NCBI GenBank assembly: GCA_044344255.1
Contig: JBIJDH010000007.1
Location: forward strand, 64,001 to 128,000
Length of the DNA: 64,000 bases
Source: Myxococcota bacterium
GTDB taxonomy: Bacteria; Myxococcota_A; UBA796; UBA2385
Direction: 5' to 3'
In this document: in pieces, positions 39,144 to 49,112 of the stretch
How the letters are laid out: every line of letters starts with the position of its first letter
Numbering within the stretch: the first letter of the stretch is position 1
Program-made: the position numbers and the translations under genes
The notes under the pieces: generated by a model
The model's database searches: none
The model's input: only the letters and a program-made list of their open reading frames with translations
Told to the model about the DNA's origin: nothing

Positions 39144-39971
39144 CTACCAGGGAGGGGTCCACTCGGGATCGATGAGCTGGATCGAGAGGGGAGAAGGCTC
39201 GTGCTCGGGCGAGCAGCGGTAGCGGGTGAAGTCGGTCACCCCTTCGGCGCGCAGCAGCTCTTCGTCGAGCCAGGCGTGAAACTTCGCCTTCAAGGGGTCG
39301 CGGGCGAGCAAGGCCACGGTGGCGTCGGCCAGGATCTCCGGCGTGCGCCACTCGTTGAGCTCGCCCATGCCGAAGACCTCGGTGGCGGCGGTGCGCACGC
39401 CAGTCACCGGCCAGAGCGCTTGGGCGCAGACGCGGTCCTCCTCCTGGTCGATGGCCTGGGCGAGCATGGTCATGCCGAACTTGCTCAGCAGGTATGGCGC
39501 CTTTCCGGGGAGCGCCTTGAAGCCGATGGGCGGCGACATCATGATGATGTGGCCGCCGCGCTCGCGGAGGTGCGGCATCGCGTAGTGGGAGGCGAGGAAG
39601 GCCGCCCGCGCGTTCACGCCCATCACGAGGTCAAAGCGCTTCCACGAGTGGTCGGCCACCGGCGACCAGAAGATGGCGCCGGCGTTGTTGATGAGGGCGT
39701 CGAGGCGGCCGAAGCGCTCGACGGTCTCCAGGACCATGCGCTCCACCTGGGCGGCCTCGCGCACGTCGACCTGGATCACGTGGGCCTGTCGCCCGAGGGC
39801 CTCCACCTCGGCGGCCACCTCGCGCAGCGTGCCGGGCAGGCTCGGGTGATCGTCGAGGGACTTGGCGGCGAGGGCGACGTGCGCCCCTTCACGGGCGACG
39901 GCGCGGGCACAAGCGGCTCCGACGCCGCGGCTCGCGCCGGTGATGAGGATGACCTGATCGCGGAGGCGCAT
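39144..39971 (-). CDS. SDR family oxidoreductase (HSDL2-like)
   Basis: ITGASRGVG, AAKS..HP.LPGT, INNAGAI, YLLSK and RTPEILADA. Confidence 0.9.
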   Translation of the reverse strand: MRLRDQVILITGASRGVGAACARAVAREGAHVALAAKSLDDHPSLPGTLREVAAEVEALGRQAHVIQVDVREAAQVERMVLETVERFGRLDALINNAGAIFWSPVADHSWKRFDLVMGVNARAAFLASHYAMPHLRERGGHIIMMSPPIGFKALPGKAPYLLSKFGMTMLAQAIDQEEDRVCAQALWPVTGVRTAATEVFGMGELNEWRTPEILADATVALLARDPLKAKFHAWLDEELLRAEGVTDFTRYRCSPEHEPSPLSIQLIDPEWTPPW

Positions 39972-40097
39972 GGGGGCTCGCGGTGGAGTGAGGTGAGGGG
40001 AGGTGACAGGAGGTGGGCGAGGGGAAGAGCGCGCGGTTGTCCCCGCGCGCTTCGCCTCGCCCGGTTAACCCCCGGCGCCTTCGCGCGGACGGATCCC

Positions 40098-41078
40098 GTG
40101 ATCACACCCCTCATCATCGCTGGCGTCGTCGTCGTGTCCATGGGGCTGCTGATCAAGCACCTCCAGGACCGCAAGGCGCTCCACCCCGCCGTCTTCCCGC
40201 TCCTGCTGGTGGCGGCGGCCGTCCCCATCTTCACGGCGCGCACCGTGCTCAACCCGGGGGAGCCCACCGACAGCGCCGTGGTGACGAAGCTCCACGAGAA
40301 GGTCGAGCTCACCGTCCCCGAGGGCTCGGCCCTGATGGTGACGGCTGAGCTCTCCGACTCCGACGAGACCGACGAGAACGAGCGGACCGTCTACGCCCTC
40401 TCTCTCAAGGGACAGGGCTGGACCTCGCTCGCCGCGGGGACGATGAAGCGCGAGAACGCGCACAAGGGCCCCGACGTCCCCCTGGATGATCGGGAGGGCG
40501 TCTCCGACGGGGGGAAGACGAAGTCGCTCCGGCTCGGCCTCGACGTCCAGGATCGGTTTGACCTCCGCGGCGCCGGCGCGCTGTCGGTGGAGGTGACGAA
40601 CTGGGCCGGGACGGCCGCCTCCGCGCTCCAGCTCGAGGTCATCCCCGCCCCCGTGCCCAAGGTGGCGCTCTGGGGGGTGGTGGCGGTGCTGGCGATCCTC
40701 GGCCTCATCGCCGAGGTGAAGCTGCAGACCGACCGCCTCGCCGGTGACCTCGTCTTCCTCGCGATGTGGGGCGTCTTCATCCGCGACGGCGTCACTCCCC
40801 TCGATGACTGGCAAGAGGTGGTGCGGGCGCTGCTCCCTGCGGCCCTGCTCGGCCTCGGCGCGGGTGGCGGGCTGTCCTACCTCGTGCACAAGTTCCTCCC
40901 CGGCGGAGGGGGCGAGGAGCCGGAGGCACCCGTGGCCCCACCGGCGGCCGCCGCGCCCGTCCCGACGCCGAAGGTGGTGGTTCCCGCCGACACGCTCGCG
41001 GAGGGTGGGTCGGGGAGCGAGGGCCCCGCAGAAGAGGGCCCGCCCCCCCCGGGCACGACGCGCCGGCGCAGGAAGTAG
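40098..41078 (+). CDS. Hypothetical membrane protein
   Basis: Two N-terminal TM helices, a soluble domain, further C-terminal TM helices and a Pro-rich tail; GTG start inferred. Confidence 0.65.
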   Translation: MITPLIIAGVVVVSMGLLIKHLQDRKALHPAVFPLLLVAAAVPIFTARTVLNPGEPTDSAVVTKLHEKVELTVPEGSALMVTAELSDSDETDENERTVYALSLKGQGWTSLAAGTMKRENAHKGPDVPLDDREGVSDGGKTKSLRLGLDVQDRFDLRGAGALSVEVTNWAGTAASALQLEVIPAPVPKVALWGVVAVLAILGLIAEVKLQTDRLAGDLVFLAMWGVFIRDGVTPLDDWQEVVRALLPAALLGLGAGGGLSYLVHKFLPGGGGEEPEAPVAPPAAAAPVPTPKVVVPADTLAEGGSGSEGPAEEGPPPPGTTRRRRK

Positions 41079-41211
41079 GCGGAGGCGAGGCCCGCGCGGG
41101 GCCGAAGCGCGGGCGGACGTAGCGTGCGGCCCTCGGATGATGTAGAACGCCGACGCGCCAGAGCACGAAACCCACGCCGCCGACCCCTTCGGGTCTGCTC
41201 AGGAGAGCGCC

Positions 41212-41796
41212 GTGCTCCTGCTGGTCGCTGCTGTCAAAGAAGAGCTCGCCGATCTGAACGGTGAGGCCATCGGGATCGGCCCCGTCATCTCGGCCATCCG
41301 CATGGCCCGGCTGATCGCGGCCCACCAGCCCTCGGGGGTCATCCTCATCGGCACGGGCGGGGCCTACGCCGGGGGCCCTGCTATCGGCAAGGCGTGTAAG
41401 GCGCTCCGGGTGGGGCTCGCCGACGGATCTGCGGCGATGGGCCTCGGTTATACCCCGCGCCCCCCACCCCCTGTCCTCTGTGACCGTCGGCTGCTCTCCC
41501 GCATCGAGCTGCCGGACTGTGACGTGCTCACTGTAGGCGCGGTGAGTACAGATCTGACGATGGCCCGCCGCCTGTCCGACGGTTGGCAGGTCGAGCACCT
41601 CGAAGCGTACGGCGCGGCCGCTGCTTGCGCAGAGGCCGGCATCCCCTTCGCGGCGGTGCTCGGCATCTCGAACAAGGTGGGTCCGGAGGCGCACGCGCAG
41701 TGGCTGGCTCACCGGAACCAGGCCCAGCTCGCCGCACGAAACGCCGTCGCTCCTCTGTTTCTGCCCGAGCTGCGCGAACAGGCGCGGGAGGCTTGA
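41212..41796 (+). CDS. Nucleoside phosphorylase/hydrolase family protein (MqnB futalosine hydrolase-like)
   Basis: GIGPV.SA, LIGTGGAY and EHLEAYGAAAAC...IPF...GISNKVG. Confidence 0.7.
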   Translation: MLLLVAAVKEELADLNGEAIGIGPVISAIRMARLIAAHQPSGVILIGTGGAYAGGPAIGKACKALRVGLADGSAAMGLGYTPRPPPPVLCDRRLLSRIELPDCDVLTVGAVSTDLTMARRLSDGWQVEHLEAYGAAAACAEAGIPFAAVLGISNKVGPEAHAQWLAHRNQAQLAARNAVAPLFLPELREQAREA

Positions 41797-41918
41797 CCAA
41801 AACCTGTCATCGGTCTATCGACCTGCTAGCATGTCTTGGATCCAACCGCCCTCCCGCTCTTGGTCCTTCGCTCCCGAAGACATCCCCCCGTAGACGCTGA
41901 CCGCCCCGAGGTGGAATC

Positions 41919-43073
41919 ATGATCGCACTCCTGGCCCTCTTCACCGCTGCCCACGCGGGCTCTTTCGAAGACTGGTCCTGCACGGACTACCCGGATGAGG
42001 GAGAGTCGGTCCTCGGCACCGACGGCTGGTCGGGCGGCTTCGACCAGGATGCCTGGCAGGGCTATGCCGACGGTGGTGATCAGTGGGTCTACTCCACGTC
42101 CGACGACAACGAGTACGACTTCGGCGGCGACTTCGGGGAGGGCGGGGCCCGCGACAACTGGCTCATCAACTCGAACGTCGACTGTGCAGACTGTTTCCTG
42201 TTCACCGAGACCTACACCGACGACGACGACGCGGCGGGGCTCGTCTTCAACATGGTGGACGGCCGCAACTTCTACATGGTGCTGCTCTCGGGTGACGAGA
42301 GCCGCGGCAGCGTGGGCTCCTCTCCCTTCGATCCGCCCGATGACATCTTCACCGCGCTCGTCAAGGTGGAGGACGGCGTCGCGACCATCCTCGACTATTC
42401 GAGTCACAGCTACTACGCTGGTTACACCTTCCTCATCGCCGCGGGTGCCAATGACGGAGAGGTCTGGGCGAAGGTCTGGTACGACACCGGCGCCGATTGG
42501 GAGGACAGTGACATCGACCTCGCGGGCGCTGACTCCGCGCCGCTCGCCGGCACCGGCGGCTTCTACGGCTACGACGCCGGCGGCTACGGCAGCGGCTACC
42601 TCGCCTTCGGGGAGGTCTACCACTACGCCTACGACGACGACGACGACGGCGTGGCCGACGACGAGGACAACTGCGAGTTCGACGCCAACGGAGACCAAGC
42701 CGACGCGGACGAGGACGGCGTCGGCACCGCCTGTGATCCCGATGAGGGGGGCGGTACGGACGGCACGGACGGCACGGACGGGACCGACGGGACCGACGGG
42801 ACCGACGGCACCGACGGGACCGACGGGACCGACGGCACGGACGGCACGGACGGCACGGACGGGACCGACGGCACGGACGGCACGGACGGCACCGACGGCA
42901 CGGACGGGACCGACGGCGCGGATGGCACCGACGGCGTGACAGGCGGCGCCAAGAACGCGCCGGGCGGCGATCTGAGCGCCTGCTCCTGCAACGGCACCGG
43001 CGGCGTGATGGGCGGCCTGATCTTCGCGGTGAGCGCCGCGCTCGGGCGTCGTCGCCGCACCGTCAAGGCCTGA
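41919..43073 (+). CDS. Secreted protein with a beta-sandwich-like domain, a TSP3-like repeat, a (GTD)n tract and a MYXO-CTERM-like tail
   Basis: Signal peptide AHA|G; DDDGVAD..DNC...N.DQ.D.D.DGVG.ACD; C-terminus ACSC-TM-RRRR. Confidence 0.85.
   Translation: MIALLALFTAAHAGSFEDWSCTDYPDEGESVLGTDGWSGGFDQDAWQGYADGGDQWVYSTSDDNEYDFGGDFGEGGARDNWLINSNVDCADCFLFTETYTDDDDAAGLVFNMVDGRNFYMVLLSGDESRGSVGSSPFDPPDDIFTALVKVEDGVATILDYSSHSYYAGYTFLIAAGANDGEVWAKVWYDTGADWEDSDIDLAGADSAPLAGTGGFYGYDAGGYGSGYLAFGEVYHYAYDDDDDGVADDEDNCEFDANGDQADADEDGVGTACDPDEGGGTDGTDGTDGTDGTDGTDGTDGTDGTDGTDGTDGTDGTDGTDGTDGTDGTDGTDGADGTDGVTGGAKNAPGGDLSACSCNGTGGVMGGLIFAVSAALGRRRRTVKA
42753..42935. repeat. 9-bp coding tandem repeat, about 20 copies, encoding (GTD)n
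   Basis: gg(c/g)ac(c/g)gac units with synonymous variation. Confidence 0.95.
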
Positions 43074-43118
43074 TCGGGTTGACGACCGGGCCCGAGACGA
43101 CCGGTTAAGGCGGCCGCC

Positions 43119-43985
43119 ATGCTGTGGACCGCCTGCCGAATCGTCGCCTTCGACACCGAGACCACGGGGCTCAACCCCTTCGATGGCGACCGCGTGATCG
43201 AGTTCGGCGCCGTCGAGCTCGAGGTGGGCGCGGATGGTCGCGTGCTCCGCGTCAAGCCGCACCAAATGTTCATCAACCCCGAGATCCCGATCCCGCGGGC
43301 CGCCTCGAAGGTGAGCGGGATCACCGACGACGATGTCTCGGGGGCCCCCCTCTTCGGGGACGTCTCCGAGCGGGTGCGCTCGATCCTCCAGGACGCGGTG
43401 GTGGTGGCCCACAACCTGTCCTTCGACATCGGCTTCATCCGCACCGAGCTCAAGCGGGTCGGGAAGTTCTGGCCGCGCACGCGGGCCGAGGTCGACACGC
43501 TGCCGCTGTCCCAGCGCCTGCTGCCGGAGCTCAAGTCGCACAAGCTGGAGGCGATCTGCACGGCGCTGGGCGTCCCCCTCGACAACGCCCACCGCGCCTC
43601 TCATGACGCCGAGGCCTGCGGCCGGGCCTTCATCGAGCTGGCCCGCCGAAAGGCCGCCCCAGGTGACCTCGAGGGCCTCTGCGAGTGGGCCGACGCCGTG
43701 GGACCGCCGCCCGACACCGGGCACATCGTGCTCGGAGACCGCGGCGGGGCCGAGCTCCGCTTCGGGGCCCACGCGGGCGACCTCGTCGAGAAGCACCCCG
43801 AGGTGCTCCAATGGATGACCATGGCCTTGGAGCGGAAGGAGGGTCGATGGGTGCCCCGCTTCCCCGACTCGGTGCAGCAGTGGGCTCGGCGCTGGCTGAG
43901 GGTCCGCGGCGCCGGTCGGGCCATCCCCCCTCAGCGCAGCCAGGGCGCCCAGGACTGGACCCTCGACCCTCCGGCGTGGCGATGA
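43119..43985 (+). CDS. DEDDh 3'-5' exonuclease (DnaQ/PolIII epsilon-like)
   Basis: FDTETTG, AHNLSFD and HRASHDA; C-terminal FGAHAG...LQWM extension. Confidence 0.9.
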   Translation: MLWTACRIVAFDTETTGLNPFDGDRVIEFGAVELEVGADGRVLRVKPHQMFINPEIPIPRAASKVSGITDDDVSGAPLFGDVSERVRSILQDAVVVAHNLSFDIGFIRTELKRVGKFWPRTRAEVDTLPLSQRLLPELKSHKLEAICTALGVPLDNAHRASHDAEACGRAFIELARRKAAPGDLEGLCEWADAVGPPPDTGHIVLGDRGGAELRFGAHAGDLVEKHPEVLQWMTMALERKEGRWVPRFPDSVQQWARRWLRVRGAGRAIPPQRSQGAQDWTLDPPAWR

Positions 43986-44605
43986 GGGCGTCTTTGGGCC
44001 TGGCGCTCGTGGTGTCGCTCGCCGGCTGCGATCCGTTTCAGCGCAGCGACAAGGCCAGCCTCGTGCGGCAGCTCGATCGGGAGGTGATCGCGCTGCGGAT
44101 CAAGAACGAGCAGCTCGAGGGGCGACTGCTGCAGGGCGCGGGCCACTCCGAGACGCCAAATCCTATCTATGCTGAGCTCGTGCAGGTCTTCACCGGCTCC
44201 GAGGTTGAGGTGGTGCGGAGCGGCAATCGCACCGTGGTCACCCTCCCGTCGAGCCTGCTCTTCGGCAGCTGGGGGCTCACCGTGCGCCAAGAGGCGGCGA
44301 TGACCCTCGACCTCCTCGCGACCGCGCTCAAGCTCCACCCGGAGCTCAAGGTGGTGGTGGTGGGGCACATCGACGACGCGCCGATGCCGGCGGCCCTGCG
44401 CCGGCAGGTGGGCTCGGCCTGGGAGCTCGGGGCCATCCGCGCTGCCGCCACGGCCCGCGCCCTCATCGAGACCTACGGCGTCCCCGGGGGCCGGTTCATG
44501 GTGGCCAGCCGGGGGATGGAGGAGCCGCTCGTCTCCAACGACACGCCCGAAGGGCGGTCCCGCAACCGCCGCGTCGTCCTCACCCTCACGCCGGCCTTCC
44601 CCTGA
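43982..44605 (+). CDS. OmpA/MotB-family peptidoglycan-binding lipoprotein
   Basis: Lipobox LAGC; coiled coil; GHIDD, WELGAIRA and NRRV. Confidence 0.85.
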   Translation: MRASLGLALVVSLAGCDPFQRSDKASLVRQLDREVIALRIKNEQLEGRLLQGAGHSETPNPIYAELVQVFTGSEVEVVRSGNRTVVTLPSSLLFGSWGLTVRQEAAMTLDLLATALKLHPELKVVVVGHIDDAPMPAALRRQVGSAWELGAIRAAATARALIETYGVPGGRFMVASRGMEEPLVSNDTPEGRSRNRRVVLTLTPAFP

Positions 44606-44645
44606 GCCGCCCCAGGGCGGGGCGCGCCTGCTACGATGGGCCCCG

Positions 44646-45248
44646 ATGTCGAGGTGCCCGCTGCGTGGTGCCTCCGCCGGAGCGCTCGTGAATTGCCGCT
44701 TGACCGTTGCCTTCCTCTGCCTGTCCGCGTCCGCGTTCGGATGCAAGGGTGATGACGACGACAGCAGCGGCTCCAGCGGCGGGGGCCTGAGCGCGGCGGA
44801 GTGTGGGGATCCGGATGGCGATGGCGGCGACACCGGTGACGTCCCGAACATCCTCGGGAAGTGGACGGTCACCTTCGGTGAGAGCGTCTACGCCGACAAC
44901 GCCTGCACGTTGGCGGGCCTCGAGCAGGATGACATGACCTGGATCAATGGCAACATGGAGGTCAAGGGCCGCATCCCCGACAACCTCTACGCCATCTTCG
45001 ATGACAACGACGAAGATCGCTTCTACGGCGTGGAAGATTCCCAGGGCGGGGTCGTCTTTACGGGCACCAAGGTGGTCTCCGGCCACACGCTGTATGTGAG
45101 CGTGGGCGGTCTGCTCTACGAGCAGCCGCAGGTCGACCGGGACGAGCTCCGGGGCTTCGGCTACATGGGGGTGGACGAGGACGGCGCCGATACCACCATC
45201 GACTGCTGGATTCAGGCTGACTTCAGAGCGACCAAGAGCGGGAACTGA
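44646..45248 (+). CDS. Hypothetical lipoprotein
   Basis: AFGC lipobox-like sequence; beta-rich acidic domain. Confidence 0.65.
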   Translation: MSRCPLRGASAGALVNCRLTVAFLCLSASAFGCKGDDDDSSGSSGGGLSAAECGDPDGDGGDTGDVPNILGKWTVTFGESVYADNACTLAGLEQDDMTWINGNMEVKGRIPDNLYAIFDDNDEDRFYGVEDSQGGVVFTGTKVVSGHTLYVSVGGLLYEQPQVDRDELRGFGYMGVDEDGADTTIDCWIQADFRATKSGN

Positions 45249-45252
45249 CGGA

Positions 45253-47034
45253 ATGGCGGTGGGAAGACCGGAGCCCGGGATCCCCGGGAAGTCGCTCCTC
45301 GCGGCCTATGAGCCGCGGTTCAGGGCCGGGCTGCGCCTGCGCCCCGACCAGGCCGATGACCCCAGCGCCCTCGGAGAGGCCCTGCGAAAGCTGGAGGGGC
45401 CTCCTCGAGACCTCGCGGACTGTCTCCTGGCGGGGGTCGGGGCCGGTGAGGCCGTCCCCGAGCGCTTCCGGGCGGCCATCGACGCCGAAGGGGAGGCGCT
45501 GTGGCAGACCGCCTTCCTCCTCCCCCGCGCGGCGCCGAGCCCTGGCTCCACCATCGATCCACGCTTCTACAGCGGCTTCTGCAGGGTCAACCCGGCCCTT
45601 CACCGGACCCGCCTCTTCTCTCACCTCCACGAGGAGGGAGAGGGGCCCGACCACAGTCCGCCGAGCGACGGCCGCTGGGACGCCATCATCGTCGCCGCCG
45701 CCCTCGAGGCGGATCCCCCTCGGCTCACCCGCGGCGGCGGCCTCCGAAAGGACGATGAGCGCCGCTTCCTCGCCCGCCTCGGGCCCGACGGCGACCGCTG
45801 GTCCCTCGCCCTCGCGGTCGCGATGGCGATCGGCCTCGCGCGGCCGGCGGCCAACGGGCTCCACGGCTTCCCAGAGAGCAAGCCGCGGCCGCTCACCGAT
45901 CCGGCCAGCCTCCTCGAGGAGGAGGGGGCCCGGGGCGCCGCGGCGCTCCTGCTGCGCATCATCGACCGCCGCTGGGTCCGCTTCCAGGCCCTCCAGGAGG
46001 AGCTCGAGCGCCGCTGCCCAGAGGTGCTGGCCGCCTCGGTGGGCATGGCCTGGTCGCAGCGCGAAGCGCACTGGCTGCGCGACGCCGCCGACGTGCTGCA
46101 CCGAGTCGGCGTCTTCGACGCAGAGCGGGGCTCGGAGGGCATCACCCGCCTCCGGCGCGCCACCGGGTCCCCCGCGCGTCCGCCGGGCTTTCTGCTGACG
46201 CCAGACCGGGAGATCCTGGTCGCCCCGGGTGATCTCCCCGGCCCCGACTACGGTCGCCTCTGCCGGATGGCGCCCTACGTGGACGGCGACGTCGTCTGCC
46301 GGCACCGGCTCACGCGCGAGGGCATCCAGGCCGATCTCGCCACCGGCTACGACGACGCCGCCGACTGGCTCGCCGCCCGGTCGCGCACCGGCCTCGCCAG
46401 CAACGTGCGCTCCGCGCTCTCGGAGTGGGTGCTCTCCGCCTCCCGCTTCACGCTCTACAGCGGCGTGACGGTCCTCGAAGAGCCGGGCGGAGGCTTCCGG
46501 GTCGCCCGAGGCGGGGTGCCGGCCGGCGCGCGCGAGATCTTCTACGACAGCCCGCCGGTGGCCTCTTTCACCATCCGCGAGGGCGTGCTGCAAGTGCCAG
46601 TGGGGCAAGACCCGCTCACCGTGCGCGCCTTGTGCAACCGCCTCGGCGAGGCCCTCCCGCCCAAGGTCGCTGCGCTGGGCGCACCGGGTGAGCCCGCGGG
46701 GCCGGCGCTCTGGCGCTGGCGCCTCCGGCCGTCCCCCATCCCAGACCCGGACCACTTCCTCGATCAGCTGCGACGGTACAGCGACGGCGACGTGCCGGGC
46801 GACGTCGAGGCCGCGGTGCACGCGGCGGGCGGGCGCTCGCGCTGTCGGCTCGAGCCTTCGGTCATCCTGCACCTGCCCGAGCCCGCGGCCCTCGCCCTCC
46901 AGCGCGACCCCGTGGTGGGCGCCCTCCTCAAGCGGCAGGTGGCCCCCGGCGCCGTGGTGGTCCGCCAGGATGGGCTCGCCCAGGTGCTCGAGCGCCTCGC
47001 CCTCCTCGGCTTCTCGGTCGAAGACGAGCCCTGA
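45253..47034 (+). CDS. Helicase-associated (Helicase_C_3/XPB-partner-like) domain protein without ATPase motifs
   Basis: FLLTPDREILV...HRLTREGI...G...WLAARS...LASNVRSALSEW, plus a second degenerate copy. Confidence 0.7.
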   Translation: MAVGRPEPGIPGKSLLAAYEPRFRAGLRLRPDQADDPSALGEALRKLEGPPRDLADCLLAGVGAGEAVPERFRAAIDAEGEALWQTAFLLPRAAPSPGSTIDPRFYSGFCRVNPALHRTRLFSHLHEEGEGPDHSPPSDGRWDAIIVAAALEADPPRLTRGGGLRKDDERRFLARLGPDGDRWSLALAVAMAIGLARPAANGLHGFPESKPRPLTDPASLLEEEGARGAAALLLRIIDRRWVRFQALQEELERRCPEVLAASVGMAWSQREAHWLRDAADVLHRVGVFDAERGSEGITRLRRATGSPARPPGFLLTPDREILVAPGDLPGPDYGRLCRMAPYVDGDVVCRHRLTREGIQADLATGYDDAADWLAARSRTGLASNVRSALSEWVLSASRFTLYSGVTVLEEPGGGFRVARGGVPAGAREIFYDSPPVASFTIREGVLQVPVGQDPLTVRALCNRLGEALPPKVAALGAPGEPAGPALWRWRLRPSPIPDPDHFLDQLRRYSDGDVPGDVEAAVHAAGGRSRCRLEPSVILHLPEPAALALQRDPVVGALLKRQVAPGAVVVRQDGLAQVLERLALLGFSVEDEP

Positions 47035-47356
47035 GGGCCCCCGGCGTGGGGCCGGTCGGCCGGGAGACGGGTTGGAGGCCGTGGAACGAGGCGTCCCCAC
47101 AGGGTGCTCCGCGAATTCGCCCGCGTTCCACAACCCTCGATAGAATTCTCGACCCACTCTTGCGCTGACAAGAGTGACCCGCTACCTTGTGTTCCCCACC
47201 GGTGTGTTCCCCGACACACCACACCCGCCCCGCCCCACTCAGCGCCTCGTGTCAGCCCCCACGCTGACGCAGCCGAACGCCCTGTCCCCTCCCCGTGAGG
47301 GTGCTTGAGCCTCGGTCGGCGCTCCCACCCCTCCGCCCCGTCGAGAGCCTCCGCCC

Positions 47357-48193
47357 ATGCCGCGCGTCCTCGCGATCTCCAATCAGAAAGGTGGGGTCGG
47401 CAAGACCACCACCGCCGTCAACCTCGCCGCCGCCCTGGCCCTGGAAGACCGCACCGTCCTGCTCATTGACCTTGACCCTCAGGGCAACGCGTCGAGCGGC
47501 ATGGGCTTCCCGAAGGCGCAGAACCAGATGGGCATCGCCGATGTCCTGCTGGGCTTCCGCGATCTCCAGAGCGTCTCGCTCCACACGGCCATTGACGGCC
47601 TCCACCTCGCCCCCGCCACGCGGGAGCTGGTGGGCGTCGAGGTCGAGCTGGTCGAGGCCGAGCAGCGGGAGTTCCGCCTGCGGGAGGCCCTCGAGGGCCA
47701 GATCAGCGGCTACGACTACGTGATCCTCGACTGCCCCCCCTCGCTCGGCCTCATCACCGTCAACGCCTTCGCGGCGGCTGACGGCGTGATCGTGCCGCTC
47801 CAGGCCGAGTATTACGCGATGGAGGGGCTGAGCGAGCTGCTCCGCACCCTCAACCAGATCCGCAAGGGCGGCCTCAACCGCAACCTGGACCGCGCGGGCA
47901 TCCTCCTCACGATGGTCGACCGCCGCACCAACCTCGGCCGCGATGTCTGTGAGCAGGCCCGCAACGTCTTCGGCGCCGAGGTCTTCCAGACCGAGATCCC
48001 GCGCAACATCCGGCTCAGCGAGGCCCCGAGCTTCGGTAAGCCCGTCCACGCCTACGATCCGCTCTGCCGCGGCGCGATCTCCTACACGAGCCTCGCCCTC
48101 GAGCTCATCGCCCGCGAGAAGGGTGAGGCGGTCGAGCCCGAGGTCGCTCACGAGGCCCCCAGCCTGCGTGTGGTCGGCGGGAGGGCCTCATGA
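47357..48193 (+). CDS. parA: Chromosome partitioning ATPase ParA/Soj
   Basis: NQKGGVGKTTT, DLDPQGNA, DCPPSLG, QAEYYAMEG and IPRNIRLSEAPSFG. Confidence 0.97.
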   Translation: MPRVLAISNQKGGVGKTTTAVNLAAALALEDRTVLLIDLDPQGNASSGMGFPKAQNQMGIADVLLGFRDLQSVSLHTAIDGLHLAPATRELVGVEVELVEAEQREFRLREALEGQISGYDYVILDCPPSLGLITVNAFAAADGVIVPLQAEYYAMEGLSELLRTLNQIRKGGLNRNLDRAGILLTMVDRRTNLGRDVCEQARNVFGAEVFQTEIPRNIRLSEAPSFGKPVHAYDPLCRGAISYTSLALELIAREKGEAVEPEVAHEAPSLRVVGGRAS

Positions 48194-49080
48194 GCCGCCC
48201 CTCGCTGGGCCGTGGCCTCTCCGCCCTCATCCCCGAGCACCTCTTCACCGACGAGCCCGACATCCGGAAGGGTGAGGCGCCGCGGGCCAAGGAGGCGCTG
48301 CGCAAGGTGCCGCTCGATCGGATCAAGCCGAACCCGAGCAACCCCCGCCTGACCTTCTCCGGCGCCGGCCTCGAGCAGCTCGCCGAGTCGATCAAGGCCC
48401 ATGGCGTCCTTACCCCGCTCCTCGTCCGCAAGGATGAGCGGGGCGACGGCTACGTGCTCATCGCCGGAGAGCGCCGCTTGCGGGCCTCGGGCATGGCCGG
48501 GCTCGAAGAGGTTCCGGTCTGGGTCCGCGAAGACGTCGACACCCGCGAGCAGCTCGAGCTCGCCCTCGTCGAGAACATCCAGCGGGAAGACCTCGACGCC
48601 ATCGAGACCGCCGAGGCCTACCGCCGCCTCGTGGACGAATTCAAGCTCACGCAGGCCGAGGTCGCGCGGCGCGTCGGCAAAGACCGCGCCACCATCGCCA
48701 ACGCGATCCGCCTGCTGCGCCTGCCGGAGCCCATCCTCGAAGAGCTGCGCGCCGGCCGCATCTCGGCCGGTCACGGCAAGGCCCTGCTGGCCCTCGCCGA
48801 CGACGACGTCATGGCCCGCGCCCTCCGCGAGGTCCTCACCAAGGACCTCTCGGTGCGGGCCACGGAGCGCCTCGTGAGCCAGCTCCTCCGCCCGGTCCCC
48901 CACCGCCCCAAGGCCGACGCGACGCCTGCCCTCCAGCGGATCGGAGACCAGCTCTCGCGCGGGCTCGGCACCAAGGTGCACCTCGAAGGCCGCCCCCGCG
49001 GTGACCGTGGCCGCATCGTCATCGAGTTCTTCAGCCGTGAAGAGCTCGAGCGGCTCATCCTGCAGCTCACCCCCGAGTAG
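48190..49080 (+). CDS. parB: Chromosome partitioning protein ParB/Spo0J
   Basis: LGRGLSALI, IAGERRLRA, ENIQREDL and HTH region GKDRATIANAIRLL. Confidence 0.97.
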   Translation: MSRPSLGRGLSALIPEHLFTDEPDIRKGEAPRAKEALRKVPLDRIKPNPSNPRLTFSGAGLEQLAESIKAHGVLTPLLVRKDERGDGYVLIAGERRLRASGMAGLEEVPVWVREDVDTREQLELALVENIQREDLDAIETAEAYRRLVDEFKLTQAEVARRVGKDRATIANAIRLLRLPEPILEELRAGRISAGHGKALLALADDDVMARALREVLTKDLSVRATERLVSQLLRPVPHRPKADATPALQRIGDQLSRGLGTKVHLEGRPRGDRGRIVIEFFSREELERLILQLTPE

Positions 49081-49112
49081 CGCTCCGTACGGGGCCGGGC
49101 CTGGAGGCGACC

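Noticed and set aside
43982..44605. Flagellar MotB
   Set aside because: It has a lipobox rather than the MotB TM helix with the conserved Asp, and there is no motA neighbour.
47188..47220. GTGTTCCCC twice, resembling the start of a type I-E CRISPR repeat
   Set aside because: Only 9-10 bp match, 15 bp apart, with no full repeat or spacer.
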